Assembly: GCA_030390025.1 (NCBI GenBank)
Contig: CM059440.1
Span: 52,452,001 to 52,516,000 of the forward strand
Length of the DNA stretch: 64,000 nucleotides
DNA from: Squalus acanthias
Taxonomy: Eukaryota
Direction: 5' to 3'
The stretch's first letter is position 1. Each line of letters starts with the position of its first letter. The translations under genes and the position numbers were made by a program. The notes beneath the pieces were generated by a model that made no database searches, was not told the origin of the DNA, and saw only the letters and a program-made list of their open reading frames with translations. This document shows, piece after piece, positions 50,015 to 64,000 of this stretch.

Positions 50015-52269
50015 ACACGGCATTACGTGATGGATCATTCAAGAAAATACATGTGATTGGACGCTGCCCCTTCAGCCGTGAAAACCGATATTTACTGTCG
50101 CAACATAGTGGGTTAATGCTATTCGCAGCCTTGTGCAAATGTGGACACGTCTTCTTAACCCTCACTACTAAATATCAACACGCAGAATAAGAAGTGCCAT
50201 CTGATTGGTCCCTTTTCTCATTTGTAACTTCCAAACTCTTTATTTAATACAATAGTTTTTTTTTTGTCCATCTTCTGCTGGATCAGGACAGCTTAATGCA
50301 ATAAAGCTTTGTATTTAATTCTATTTTCTTCTTTTGTCATTGTCTCCAAGAATTGCTTTAGTTATTTTAGCACCCTGTCCTCCTTTAGTTTAACACTTGC
50401 GCTGTGAATTTCTTCGGGCCTTCTCCCGCTCCGCCGCCATCACTTTGGAAACCCTGTTTTCCGACGTAAACTGACTGCTGCACTGTGTGTGGGGGGGGTG
50501 AAAAAACCCAAAGAATTTCCTGGCAATTGTCTGTGAGCTGAGACACTGACTGAGGGTATTTTGAGGATCAGTGTTCCACGCACAGTAAACACTGGTAGCT
50601 GGAAACCACATCCGAGGCTGATTCTTCCCCGTTAGTCTGGGGCACTAAGGGAATTGTAGCGCGTTATTCCAATTAGGAATTGAACCTGGGGCCTTCTTAG
50701 TATGGCTGTTATATACTGGCTATGTCAGCTGTAGCAGCAGATGCCCTTCAAAAGAACCATGCTCTAACCCATTGCTACTCCCAGACCCTATTTTTGGGTA
50801 AAAGTGGGTGGACTAGGAATGGCACTAGTGCCGAGTACTGTTTTAAAAAGATTGCATTGTAACACTACACAGAACTGACTTTAAATTAAGAACCTTATAA
50901 GTTTAAGGGTGAAATGGCACTCTGATGCACCTATAAGATGCAAACCCGCCAGCACTACCAACCCGACCCAGACTAAAGTGGTTACTCCATACCGGTTCCC
51001 CAGAACCACTACTGGAACCAACAAAAAGTTCAACCTAAAGTCAAGCTTGTCTCGTCCTCTTCGATACAAGCCACACAAAGGGTGCACTTATTTGGAAATT
51101 TGTGAATCTTTGGAATTCTCTACCCCAGAGGGCTGTGGATGCTCAGTCGTTGAATAGATTTCTGGACACTAAAGGAACCAAGGGATATGGGGATCGGGTG
51201 GGAATGTGGAGTTGATGTAGAAGATCGGCCGTGATATTGAATGGCTCGAAGGGCCGTGTGGCCGACTCCTACTCCTGTTTCTTATGTTCTTAAACTGACA
51301 ACTTGGGAGAAGACACGAGAATAACGTGGCTCAAAATAAATCACGATACGAGCGCCTATTCTCACAAAAAGGATCCTCAGCAACTGACGTTACAAACCAG
51401 GGAGAGCCGATGGGAGAAGTTTATGAAAGAACGGAAGGAGAGAAAGAACCACGTGATGGGAGCAAGGGGGGTACTGGTCATGGTGTGAAAGAAACCAATG
51501 CCCTGCACTGCCCACTCTACTACTTTCCTGTCATGGTTCCACTTTCTTGTGTGTTGTTGTTGAATATTCCCATTTTTTTTTTAAACTCGAGCTTTTCCCT
51601 CTGTTTATGGCACTGTCCACTCCAAGCTTTGGTTCATGGAATTTCAACCTTGAAACTGAATACATTTTGCAGTTAAATCTGTCTCCTGAAGCAGCACAGA
51701 CTGAGGCCAACATACAATCATTTCCTCACGTAGTGATGTATATAATTGTTCAAATCCTCTGGGTGGGAGGAGTCGCGCATGGAGCATAAAAGCTGGCATA
51801 GAGCAGTTGGTCCGAATGGCCTGTTTCTGCGCTGTAGACTCGATGTAACTCGATGAATCCCAATTTCTAACAATACATGGTGTAGAACTCACAGCAGCTA
51901 ATCATGGAAAAGAAAAACATTGGGATCCTCACTACCAACATTTTCGGTCACAGATCAGCCATGATCTCATTGAATGGCAGAACAGGCTCGAGGGGCTGAA
52001 TGGCCTCCTCCTGTTCCTATGTTCCAGACAGTAAAGAGGCAATCTGCTCACAGGTCCTGTCAGTGCTGTTTTGTAAATGACCAGCAGGTGGCGGTTGAGA
52101 CCAGTCCAGGGTGACTTGCCCTCTTGCTTTCCATCTGTGCCTGGGGAGCTGTTAACTGTTCGTTCATGGCTTAAAAATTCTTCGTGAAAAAAAAGCAGGA
52201 CTTACTCAGCAGGTCAGGCAACGTCTGTGGAGAAACAGAAGTCAGTCAGTCGCAAATTTAAGGTTGATA

Positions 52270-52720
52270 CCAGAAATGCGAGGTTATACCTATCAGGAAA
52301 GGATGAACAGGCTGGGTCTCTTTTGAAAAGAGAAGGCTGAGGGGTGACCTAATAGAGGTTTTTAAAATTACGAAAGGTTTTGATAGAGTGGACAGAGAAA
52401 GAGTGTTTCCACTTGTGGGGAAGAGCAAATCTCACGGCCATCAATATAAGATAGTCACCAAGAAATCAAATAGGGAATTCAGAGGAAACTTCTTTACCCA
52501 GAGAGTGGTGAGAATGTGGAACTCGCTACCACAGGGAGTGGTTGAAGCAAATAGTATTGATGCATTTAAGGGGAGGCTAGACAAGCATATGAGGGAGAAG
52601 GGAGTAGAGGGTTATGCTGATAGAGTTAGATGAGGAAAGACAGGAGGAGGCTCGAGTGGAGCATAAACGCCGGCAATGACTGGTTGGGCCGAATGGCCTG
52701 TTTCGTGCTGTATATCCTAT
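52270..52720 (+). mobile_element. CR1 3' end; only its first ~150 bp survive in arms A (21000-21147) and B
   Basis: FFTQRVVRMWNSLPQGVVEA motif and 3' UTR. Confidence 0.8.
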
Positions 52721-55700
52721 GAAATCCAAATTTTCATCCTCCTTTATATTATTAGTGGTGCTGGATCTTCACACTAGCCATCCAGAGCTGCTTAAAACAT
52801 TAGGAGGAATCATCATATTACTCCAATAAAAATATCACAGTGTTAGAGCAAGGTTCAGTTTAAATATTCAAACAGGCCCCTCGAGCCTGTTCCGTCATTC
52901 AATGAGATCATGGCTGATTTGTGACCTAACTCCATATACCCGCCTTTGCCCCACATCCCTTAACACCCCTGGTTAACAGAAATCTATCAATCTCGGATTT
53001 AAAATGAACAATTTAGTCCTGACTAGGATGATGCCAGGTCTATGCTGAGTTAGCTGATCTGAGCAAGGCCAATAGTGGGGCTCTACATTTGGCTCTGGCT
53101 GCAAGACGTCAGTCAGGTTTCCCATTCCTGATCACTGCCCGTCACCCGTGCTGGAAAGAGTGTGTGTGTGTGGATGTTAAATGAGGATCGTGATCCAGGT
53201 CAGGTGGATACCCTCAATGTCCAAACATCTCGCTGTCCAGGATTAGACACGAAGAAAGGGTAAAAAGAGAAAGAGCTGCAAATGCTGGAAATCTGAAACA
53301 AATTCACAAAAACACATGGCAGATCCATCAACATCTGTAAAGGGTTTACACTCTGCCTCAGAACTGAAGATTGGACTCTGAGTGATGAACTAGACAGCTG
53401 TTGGCACCTGTGCACCACACAACACTTGAGTTACCACCTTCAGGAGAGGAGAAAATTGGAGGTAAAATACTAATAAAAGTGTCCCTTTTAGATTGTGGGC
53501 AGAAGAGAAGGCTGAAGTTCGTGAGGAGTTCGACAGGTTTGAGGCCTGGGGAAAGAATTAGTGTTGGAAAACAGTGAAACCAATCTTGATTTCAACACAA
53601 TGGAGATGCTGGGAGGAGGAAGAGTTTGCACGACTGTGAATTTGCAGTTAATAAGGAACAAGAGAGGTAAATTCGGGGAAGCACTGACCATAGCAGTATT
53701 GATAAAATAGAAGCATGAAAGACTGCAGTAGAAAGAGAGGTTGGAAGCTATAGGTGCGAGGGATTACCTATTAGACAACAAGCTTTTAGCTTTTTCCTGT
53801 CTGGAACGTGAGGAGGGTGTCGGAAGGGAATGCGATTACAATTTTCTTGCATGCAGCACACCAAGGAATCCTTCCCCTATATTGCTTATCACATGATGAT
53901 TATGAATGAGGAAGGCAAATCAGCCCATCTTAATTCACCCATTCAGAGAGATCCTAATGTCTTCCCTGTTATGAGGTGTGCATAGAAAATGGCCAAGTTA
54001 GAATACCTCGACCTGAGGAGAAAGCATTGAGTGAATGCCTTGAAAAATGTATTTATTATGAGTGAATTATTATAAGTGAAAGAAAGAACATTAAAAAGCT
54101 TCCTGAATGTAATAACATTTGTTATGGTGGCATCGGCATAAACATGCAGAATGTCCTTTGCCTTGTGTAAATAGCAGATTCTGTGCTCCCGGAGGAACGT
54201 CACGCTGGAAGGGAGCAGAGGTTGGGGATGTGAGCTGCTGCACTGTAGCCCCAATCCTCTGACCCTCCCTCCCTGCGAGGCACAAATCCCCACTGGGAGC
54301 CGGGATTGCAAGTATTTTATGGAGGACGGATGGGGATTGGACGGTGAGGGGTGTTGGTGATTCTGAGGTAAATGCAGTAACATTTGTAAATAGTGGGCAA
54401 ATGCCATGTGGTTAAGCATTACGAGAGAAAAGAAAGACTTTCATTTATATAGCGCCTTTCGGGACATCCCAGAGTGCTTTACAGCCAATGAAGCACTTTT
54501 TGAAGTGTAGTCACTGTTGGAAATTGGCAGCCAATTTGTGCACAGCAAGGTCCCAGAAACAGCAACGTGATAATGACCAGATAATCTGTTTTAGTGAATT
54601 TGATTGAGGGGTAAATATTGGCCCCAAGACACCGGGATAACTCCCCTGCTCTTCTTCAAAATAGTGCCACGGGATCTTTTACATCCACCTGAGAGAGCAG
54701 ACGGGGCCTCGGTTTAACGTCTCACCCAAAAGACGGCACCTCCGACAGTGCGGCACTCCCTCAGCACTGCACTGGAGTGTCAGCCTAGATTCTTGCGCTC
54801 AAGTCTCTGGAGTGGGACTTGAACCCACAACCTTCTGACGCGGGTGCTACCAACTGAGCCACACATGTGTCACGTGATCAAATCTCCAGGAATACTTCAA
54901 ATCAGAATTGGCATCCCCAGTTGGGCTGTGTCCTGGGGTGGTTAATCGTTTACTTGTTGTAGCCTATAAGATACAGAATTATGAAATAAAGCTGTTCACC
55001 TTGCTCCCTCTGTTTTTTGGAGGGGAAAAAGATAGCTGGCCTGCAGGTCAAGCTTTGGAGAGAGGATGACATTGCTGGGGGCCTATTGCATGTGAGATTT
55101 AATCAATGTGCTGAGTAATACACCAGTTGCTATTGTCGTCATTTTGGACTTGTCCTTTGATATTGTACACAGTCCGATAGGAGAAGTATACCTCAGCTGT
55201 GGCTCAGTATGTAGCACCCTCACCTCTGCGTCAGAAGGTTGTGGGTTCAATCCCACTCCAGAGACTTGGGCGCAAAAATCTAGACTGACACTCCCAGGGG
55301 AGTGCTGCACTGTTGGAGGTGCTGTCTTTCGGATCAGACGTTAAACCGAGGCCTCGTCTGCTCTCTCAAGTGGATGTAAAAGATCCCGTGGCACTATTTC
55401 GAAGAAGAGCAGGGGAATTATCTGGTCATTATCACATTGCTGTTTGTGGGGGCTTGTGTGCAAATTTGGCTGCTGTGTCTTTATCTCTGTCACTAACTTT
55501 CTCACATTACAACAGCAACTCCACTTCAAAAGTACTTCATTGACTGTAAAGTGCTTTGAGATGTCTGGTGGTCGTGAAAGGCGCTATATAAATGCAAGTC
55601 TTTCTTTTAACTAAATCATTGATGAAATATCACTTGGTCAGTGGCCTTTTTAAAAGCAAAGTTCAGTGACAAATACCAGTAACCACGACAGTAAGGACCA

Positions 55701-56302
55701 TAAGAAACCAAGGAAGCACTGAGCAGCCAAATAGAAACATAGAAGATAGGAGCAGGAGTAGGCCATTCGGCCCCTCGAGCCTGCTCCGCCACTTAATGAG
55801 ATCATGGCTGATCATCCAAATTCAGTACCCTGTCCCTGCTTTCTCCCCATATCCCTTGATCCCTTGAAATGCAGTTACTAATGTGCATAGGGCATGCATG
55901 GTCACTCCTTCTCCTGTAGTAATTTGCCATTACTGTCGTGTGTTCTGTTGCTCGGTTAAGGTAGAAAATCACTGTGTCCCGGTGGGATAGACTGGGGGAA
56001 AGAGGCAAATTATCATGCCTCATCCCATATACTGTATTGGTTTGTAAAGGGTAGAAATCCCAAAGTGGTAAGGACCTCTGATATACTCTTCACCTTCTCT
56101 GGTAAATTGAGCTCCAGTTAATTAAATACATCTGGAGTAAAAAAGCTAGTATCAGTAATGGTAACCATGAAACTATCGGATTGTCATAAAAACCCATCTG
56201 GTTCACTAATGTCCTTTAGGAAAGGAAATCTGCCGACCTTACCCGGTCTGGCCTATATGTGACTCCAGACACACAGTAATGTGGTTGACTCTTAACTTAC
56301 AG

Positions 56303-58555
56303 CCGATTTCAGAGGGCTCCCCCTTCTTCTACTCGCTGGAAAAAAGACGGGGGGTCCGTAAGCAGCTCTTGGGGCTGCTGGCCGACGACGGATCTCTGGT
56401 CTCGGATCCGGAGGGAATCAGCGCGGAGGCCCGGGCCTATTACGGGGCTCTGTTCTCGCCGGATCCGTCCAGCGAGGATGCGCGCAGAGTTTTGTGGGAG
56501 GACTTGCCGAAGCATTTCGTCGCCCGGATCTGACTTCTGTACGCCGCCGCGGAGTGACTGATAAAAGTTAACGGGTCTTTGACGGTGCCCCTTCGCTTCG
56601 GGAGGGGGGTACGTCAGGGATGCCCCATGTCCGGTCAGTTATACGCCGTCTGCGTGCAGCCTTTCCTGCGCCTCTTGCGGAACAGGTTGATGGGACTGTC
56701 TCTGCAAGGGCCGGGCGTGGAGGTCGTCCTCTCGGCTTACGCCGATGACGTGCTCCTCATGTTCACGGATCCCGTCGACTTGCGGAGGATGCGAGAATGC
56801 CAGCAGATTTACTCGGACGCATCCTCCGCCAAGATCAACTGGGAAAAATGTTCTGGACTCCTGGTGGGCCAGTGGCGGGTGGACTCCCTGCCGGAGGAGT
56901 TCAGGCCCTTCGCCTGGAGCACCACGCACCTCCTCTACTTGGGAGTCTACCTCAGCCCCGCTGAGGACGCCTGGCCGGCGAACTGGCATGAGCTGGAGGC
57001 CAAAGCCACCGCTCACCTAGGACGCTGGACAGGACTGCTCCGAGTGTTGTCCTACAGGGGTCGAGCGCTGGTCATAAACCAGCTGGTGGCCGCCATGCTG
57101 TGGTACCTGTTGATCACTTTGATCCCTCCCCCTGCGTTTGTCGCCAAGATGCAGAGGAAGCTCATCGACTTCTTCTGGGACAAAAGGAAGCACTGGGTCT
57201 CTGCCGCGGTTCTGAGTCTCCCGCTTAGGGAAGGCGGTCAAGCGCTGGTGTGCCTTCGCACCCAGGCGGCGACTTTCCATCTTCGGACGCTGCAGCAATA
57301 CCTGTACATTGAGAATCCTCCCAGATGGCGTGCGCTGGCGACGTATTTCTTCTGCCAGCTGCACGGCCTCAACTACGACATGCAGCTCCTGTTTGTGGAA
57401 TTGGGCCGTACACGTGCCTACCTGTGGGAGCTGCCTGTCTTCTACCAGGAACTGCTATGGGTCTGGAACAGCGTCGCCTCCAGGCAGCGTTCTCCCCCGT
57501 CAGGAATTGTGGCCGTCCTTCGGGAGCCGCTGTTCAGGAATCCGCACCTCCACGACCGCTGGTTCGGGCGGCTGGCGGAGGGAAGGGCTGTGCCTGGCAA
57601 GGAGACTAGAATCAGGGACCTGCTCGATGGCGGAGGAGCGGGCTGGATGGCGCCGGAGGAGTTGGCGCGGCGCCTCTCCTCGGCCGACGTCTGGCTCGCG
57701 GCCAAAGCCATCGAGTCACTGAAAGTGGCACTAGGCCCTCATTGCACTAGGTGTATCGAGGAGGCTCAAGCACGTGGGGTGATCCCATCCGAACTGGGAC
57801 GTAATTCCTCATCGGCGCGCGGCCCCAAAACCCCTCTCGGGAACCGGCACCTCACAACTTGAGCCATCTCAGGGAAATGCCCTCCGTGCCTTTTAGTTCT
57901 GCGCGAAGGGGTTTCTTGTACGCGCTGCTCCTGCACCCTCTCCACTTTGTCATCTTCGCCTGCCGTCCAGACACGCCTTGACGTGCCATCTTGCCGTCCG
58001 GCGGAGGCGAAGGTCCCCAATGGAGGGCTCTCTATGCGGGAGTCCTCCCTTTATCTATTGGGGACTTGGCCTGGAGGGTGTTGCACGGAGCAGTCCCGTG
58101 CAATAAGATTTTAAACAAGTTCATGGACTCCCAGGCCGCCTGCCTTTTCTGCGGCCTAGAGGAGTCCATCTTCCATATTTACATGGAATGTGCGAGATTG
58201 CAGCCCCTCTTCCAGTATTTGAAGGGGCTGATCCTCGATTTTTGGCTGCACTTCAGTCCCACGCTCCTGATCTGTGGTCACCCGGTGCGGAGGGGAGCGG
58301 GCAGGTCGGAGGACCTCCTCGTGGGACTGCTCCTGGGCCTGGCCAAAGTAGCCATAAACAGTTCCTGGCAGTGGGTGGTCGAGGGGGTCGTTCGGCCCGA
58401 TTGCCTGCCTCTCTTCCGCGGCTATGTTCGCGCCCGGGTGGCCCTGGAGATGGAGCACACGGTGTCCGCCGGCACGCTCGAGGCATTCCGCGACCGGTGG
58501 GCGCCGTGGGGACTGGAGTGCATCATCACACCGGCCAAAATTTTTTACATTTAAT
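56303..58555 (+). mobile_element. Tx1/L1-clade LINE, 5'-truncated ORF2 with an internal deletion near 56510
   Basis: GVRQGCPMSG, SAYADDV, YLGVYL, LPLREGG (427-aa ORF) and C-terminal CLFCGLEESIFHIYMEC. Confidence 0.92.
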
Positions 58556-60977
58556 TTGTAAAGTTTTATTAGTTACAGATCATTTGTTTTAGCACCCAAA
58601 CCAAAAAGAGTTCACTGAAAGCGCTAACCAATAAAAACCAACTTGTATTTATATAGCGCCTTTAATGTCGTAAAACGTCCCAAGGCGATTCACAGGAGCG
58701 TTATGAGACAAAAAATTTGACACCGAGCCACATGAGGAGAAATTAGGGCAGGTGACCAAAAGCTTGGTCAAAGAGGTAGGTTTTAAAGAAAGAAAGACTT
58801 GCATTTCTATCGTGCCTTTCACAACCACCAGACGTCCCAAAGCACTTTACAGCCAATGAAGTACTTTTTGAAGTGGAGTCACTGTTGTAATGTAGGAAAT
58901 GCGGCAGCCAATTTGTGCACAGCAAGCTCCCACAAACAGCAATGTGAAAATGACCAGAAAAACTGTTTTTGTTATGGTGGTTGAGGGATAAACATTGGCC
59001 AGGACACCGGGGAGAACTCCCTTACTCTTCAAAATAGTGCCATGGGATCTTTTATGTCCACCTGAGAGAGCAGACGGGGCCTCGGTTTAACATCTCATCC
59101 GAAAGTGACAGGAAAATGTCCTGAGAAGTAAGTGTTACAGTTACAAGAAACATGTCACATGACTTTTAGTAAGCTCAGGATCAAAAAGAGTGAGACCGCT
59201 TGTAAGCCCAATTAAACTTGTGAGGCTGTCTTTATTCTTAAGAATGAGATGAAGTAGAGTCTGTATGAGAATCTCAAAAAAAACTAAGCAAAATTATTTG
59301 AAAGGGGTGAAACATGAGATAGAAATGGAATGCATTCCAGGGAGCAGCAGATTGCACAACATAGGACATTTGTATCACGATCATCGTAAACCGTGCCTTT
59401 GGCGTTTGTTGGTTTTCTTGGATTTTGTATAACCCACTGGCCTTTGAAATGTAATATATACGTATACCGATTGTTGATTCTCATTCAGTACTTGCAGTGG
59501 TTAATCCTTCAGGGAAGAAACTCTCAGCAATGCAGTGTGGAGGGTACATCAGTGTTTTCATCTGTTAGCAAAGAAGTGCACGCTCAAAGAAATAAAAGCA
59601 CCCCCTTGAAGTCTGCAGTTCGAATATCACAAAACATACTGGTACATAGGAACGATTTGAAGGCTGCAATGTCATCTCAGAGTTATACACCACTCAAGCT
59701 TCACTCTGGTAGTTTATGACATCATCTGAACCCCTCTATGAGTTTACTGCCATGTAATCACTTCCAGCTCTCCACTACCTAACATGTGCTGGACACAGGA
59801 CCTCCCCAGTGCCTCAGTCTCCAAGCACTTTTTGTAGCGCTGAGCTGATCAAATTAAAGAAGCCCCCAGGGTTGATGGTTTTGAGGTCCTTGCTGAAACA
59901 GTCAACAGGAATGGATGCAACTGACCTCAGCTTCCTGGGCAATCGGAGCAAAAGAGAAACATCCGAGATTCCCATTCCTGATCCCTCCTGCAGTGCAGAT
60001 GCCCGATAAGGGTAGCGTTGGGCTTACCCCGCAGTCGAATAGTTTACCGGCAGTCGCTGCACAAAAAGAATAGGCACTTGGACAACAACAACCTGCATTT
60101 CTGTAGTGCCCCTCACATACAGGGTCGGCCGTGGCTCAGTGGGTAGCACTCTTGTGTCTGGGCCAGAAGGTTGTGGGTTCCAAGTCCCTCTCGAGACTTG
60201 AGCACAAAAACTTAGGCTGATGCTTTAGTGCTGCACTGACACTGCCTTCATTTGGAAACCTTTTTAGTTGATTGCTTGTACGCGCTCCCTCCCTCTTTCC
60301 CTCTCGCTCTCTCATGTGCTCGCTCTCTTTCCTCGGCTCATTTCCTTGTAGCACGTTCTGCTGCTGGGTCGGCCTGCTGGCCAAATTGGGGCCACGCGGG
60401 CGGCTTTTATCAATGTGCAGAAAGGCCCACATCTTGTTCTGGTCTGAATTGGGCAAAGGCGTCTTGAATTGGGTTGTGGGCTTGAGCCTGTTTTAAGCAG
60501 CTGGGCCTGGGAGAGGAGAAAAAGCTGCTCCCTAATTGTGTGTATTTTGAGGCAGGAAGGAGCAGCGTTTTTACAGCAGTGAGTGAGTGGGTGAGCGAGG
60601 TAAGGAAGGGTGGAGCTAATGGAGTTTTGAAGGTTGAGGCAAGGGGAAGGCAATGACGGGTAGGGCTTGAAGTTTGTGTGTGTGGGGAAGCCTGAGGATC
60701 AAGAGAGCAAGGTGGGGAAGGTGGGAAAGAAATATAAAAGGAAACATAAACTAGACAACAGGACTGCAAGCCTTTGGGTAAAGGGAAAGCCAATCAGCAG
60801 ATGCCTACCCTACTATTCTGAAAACACCCGATCGTGCCATGAAGGAATGCTCTGTTTTATAAGGGTAGAAGAATAAATCTGAAAGAGTATTTTAAATATA
60901 GACTAAAAGAGCATTATGAGGCTTTGTGGTTCCATTATTCTGAAAGGAATTTAAGGATGGTATTTCTTAATCAGTAT

Positions 60978-61641
60978 TTGCAGTGCATCTTGTAGATGGT
61001 ACACACTGCAGCCACGGTACGCCGGTGGTGGAGGGAGTGAATGTTTAAGGTGGGAGATGAGGTGCCAATCAAGCGGGCTGCTTTGTCTTGGATGGTGTCG
61101 AGCTTCTTGAGTGTTGTTGGAGCTGCACTCATCCAGGCAAGTGGAGAGTATTCCATCACACTCCTTACTTGTGCCTTGTAGATGGTAGAAAGGCTTTGGG
61201 GAGTCAGGAGGTGAGACACTCGCTGCAGAATACCTAGCCTCTGACCTGCTCTTGTTGCCACAGTATTTATGTGGCTGGACCAGTTAAGTTTCTGGTCAAT
61301 GGTGACCCCCAGAATGTTGATGGTGGGGGATTTGGCGATGGTAATGCCATTGAATGTCAAGGGGCGGTGGTTAGACTCTCGCTTCTTGGAGATAGTCATT
61401 GACTGGCACTTCCGTGGCGCGAATGTTACCTGCCACTTATCAGCCAAAGCCTGAACGTCGTCTAGGTCATATTGCATGCAGGCATGGATTGCTTCATTAT
61501 CTGAGGAGTTGTGAATGGCACTGAACACTGTGCAGTCATCAGCGAACATCCCCACTTCTGACCTTATGTTGAAGGGAAGGTCATTGATGAAGCAGCTGAA
61601 GATGGCAGTTAGGGATGGGCAATAAATGCTGTCCTTGCCAG
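60978..61641 (-). mobile_element. CR1-like LINE (family of 11228-11930): RT part on - strand joined to its 3' tail on + strand
   Basis: MFADDC...ILGVTIDQKLNWSSHI (ORF 60971-61555); tail gggcaataaatgctg at ~61606-61641 in the opposite orientation. Confidence 0.85.
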
Positions 61642-61654
61642 ACTGAGTAAAAGA

Positions 61655-64000
61655 GCTAGGAAGGTAGTGCAGGAGTCCCCTGGGTCCATCTCCCTCTCCA
61701 ACAGATTTTCCGTTTTGGATACTGCTGGGGGAGATGTTTTCCCAGGGGAATGCAGAAGAGCCAAGTCCATGGCACTACGAGTGGCTCAGCTGCACAGGAC
61801 TGGAGGAAAAGAGTGGGAGAGCAATAGTGATAGGGGATTCTATCGTAAGGGGAACAGATAGACGTTTCTGTGGCCGCAGATGTGACTCCAGGATGGTATG
61901 TTGTCTCCCTGGTGCCAGGGTCAAGGATGTCACTGAGCGGCTGCAGGACATTCTGAAGGGGGGTGGTGAACAGCCAGAGGTCGTGGTCCATATCGGTACC
62001 AACGACATAGGTAGAAAGAGGGATGAGGTCCTGCAAGCAGAATATAGGGAGCTAGGAAATAAATTAAAAAGCAGGACCTCAAAGGTAGTAATCTCAGGAT
62101 TACTCCCAGGGCCACGTGCTAGCGAGAGCAGAAATAGGAGAATAGACCAGATGAATGCATGGCTGGAGAGATGGTGTGGGAGGGAGTGATTTAAATTCCT
62201 GAGGCATTGGGACCGATTCTGGGGAAGGCGGGACCTGTACAAGCTGGACGAATTACACCTCGGCAGAACTGGGACCAATATCCTCGCAGGGGGGTTTGCT
62301 AGTGCTGTTGGGAATGATTTAAACTAGTTTGTCAGGGGGCTGGGAACCTAAGTGTGGGCCCAGAATGGAGAGAAACAAAGCTGGAAGTGCAAGTTAGAAA
62401 AGTAGTCAGCAAAACTAGTAGGGAGCAGAAACAAAGGCCAATAGTAAAGAGGGTCAAAGTGCAGAAAAATATTAAACAGGCAAAGTTGAAGGCACTTTAT
62501 CTAAATGCACGTAGCATTCGCAACAAGGTGGATGAAATTAATGACACTAATAGAAGTAAATGGATATGATGTCATTGCCATTACAGAGACATGGCTGCAG
62601 GGTAACCAAAGCTGCGAACTGAATGTTCCAGGGTACTCAACATTTAGGAAGGACAGACAAAAAGGAAAAGGAGGTGGCATAGCGCTGTTAATAAGGGATG
62701 AGATCGGTACGGTAGAGATAAAAGATCTTGGCTCGGCAGATCGTGATGTATAACTGGATTCAGTTTGGGTGGAGCTAAGAAACAGCAAAGGGCGGAAAAC
62801 ATTGGTGGGAGTTGTGTATAGGCCACCAAACAGTAGTGGTAATGTAGGGCACAGTATCAATCCAGAAATTAGAAGTGCATGTAACAAGGGCAATACGGTA
62901 ATCATGGGGGACTTTAATCTACATATGGACTGGGCAAATCAAATTACCACTAATGGTGTGGGGGGACGAATTCTTGGAATGCATGCGAGATGGTTTCCTG
63001 GATCAGTATGTAGAGGAACCAACCAGGGAACAGGCTATTCTGGATCTGGTACTGTGTAATGAGAAAGGGCTAATCAATAATCTTGTGGTAAAGGGGCCTT
63101 TAGGGACAAGTGACCATAATATGATTGAATTTTACATTAATTTTGAGAGTGATGTAGTCCAATCTGAAACTAAGGTCGTCAATCTAAACAGAGGAAACTA
63201 CAAGGGTATGAGGGACAAGTTGGCCATGGTAGATTGGGAGACTACACTAAAAGGTATGAAGGTGGACATACAATGGCTAACATTCAAGGAAATAATGCAT
63301 AATTTGCAACAAACATATATTCCTCTCAGGCATAAAAACCCAAAAGGAAAAGTGATCCAACCATGGCTAACAAAAGAAATTAAAGCTAGTATTAAGTCAA
63401 AGGAGGAAGCTTATAAAGTTGCCAGAAAAAGCAGTCAGCCTGAGGATTGGGATCTTTTTAGAAATCAGCAAAGGGGGACCAAGAAATTGATAAAGAAAGG
63501 GAAAATGGATTATGAGCACAAACTAGCGAAAAAACAGATTGTAAAAGCTTCTATAGGTATGTGAAAAGGAAAAGACTGGCGAAGGTAAATGTAGGTCCTT
63601 TACAGTCAGAGACGGGAGAATTTATAATGGGGAATGAGGAAATGGCTGAGAAATTAAATAAATACTTTGTTTCTGTCTTCACGGAGGAAGACACAAAAAA
63701 TCTCCCAGAAATACGAGAAAACCAAGGGTGTGGCGAGAATGAGGAACATAAAGAAATTGTTATTAGTAAAAAAACAGTACTAGCAAAATTAATGGGACTA
63801 AAAGTTGATAAATCCCAAGGACCGGATGACCTACATCCTAGGGCTCTGAAAGAGGTCGCCATTGGGATAGTGGACACATTGGTTGTCGTCTTCCAAAATT
63901 CTATAGATTCTGGAACGGTTCCTGCAGATTGGAGGATAGCAAATGTAACCCCGCTATTTAAGAAAGGAGGGAGAGAGAAAACGGGGAATTACAGACCTGT
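61655..64000 (+). mobile_element. CR1 LINE: ORF1 (SGNH/esterase-like) and ORF2 (APE endonuclease onward), frameshifted, runs off window
   Basis: VIGDSIVR...CLPGARVKDV...VHIGTND; LYLNARSIRNK, AITETW, VVYRPP, IMGDFN, ILDLVL, SDHNMI. Confidence 0.93.

Larger units (their letters stand above)
42110..55237 (+). repeat. Segmental duplication arm C
   Basis: Direct copy of arm A with extra insertions; similarity to A ends inside a SINE head (tcagaag, 23505 vs 55237). Confidence 0.9.

Noticed and set aside
60128-60250. tRNA gene
   Set aside because: A/B boxes continue into SINE body sequence; a SINE head, as at 23462 and 55195.
58950-60970. Short ORFs in apparently unique sequence
   Set aside because: No recognisable domain, splice pattern or paralogous support.
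61734-62189. Host SGNH hydrolase gene
   Set aside because: It is CR1 ORF1, directly upstream of the CR1 endonuclease ORF2 and interrupted by stops.

Overview
Eukaryotic, repeat-dense genomic DNA, most likely from a cartilaginous fish (inferred from SacSINE1/DeuSINE-like SINEs plus CR1, L2, RTE, Tx1 and Penelope elements). The only host genes I can support are three recent paralogues of a 4-exon B7-family (CD276/B7-H3-like) gene: leader, IgV, IgC, TM+short tail. They are arranged + / - / +: copy A CDS 16913-19745 (+, 283 aa), copy B 41345-36290 (-, 282 aa), copy C 42248-50014 (+, 269 aa). All splice cleanly (GT-AG, phase 1) into open frames. In all three, both canonical IgC cysteines are replaced by Phe. 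A and C carry a Glu in the TM helix where B has Ala. IgV differences cluster on the predicted ligand-binding face. B and C are head-to-head across ~900 bp, and retroelement markers show the copies are mosaics. Other content: two Penelope-like insertions with a minimal hammerhead-ribozyme motif in intron 1 of A and C, a solo LTR, PIF/Harbinger-type elements and MITEs (one family with palindromes and clustered splice donors), a processed ferritin fragment and a 29/31-bp minisatellite. Exon, TSD and TIR coordinates were counted by hand; other repeat boundaries are approximate, and family names rest on recalled motifs, not searches.
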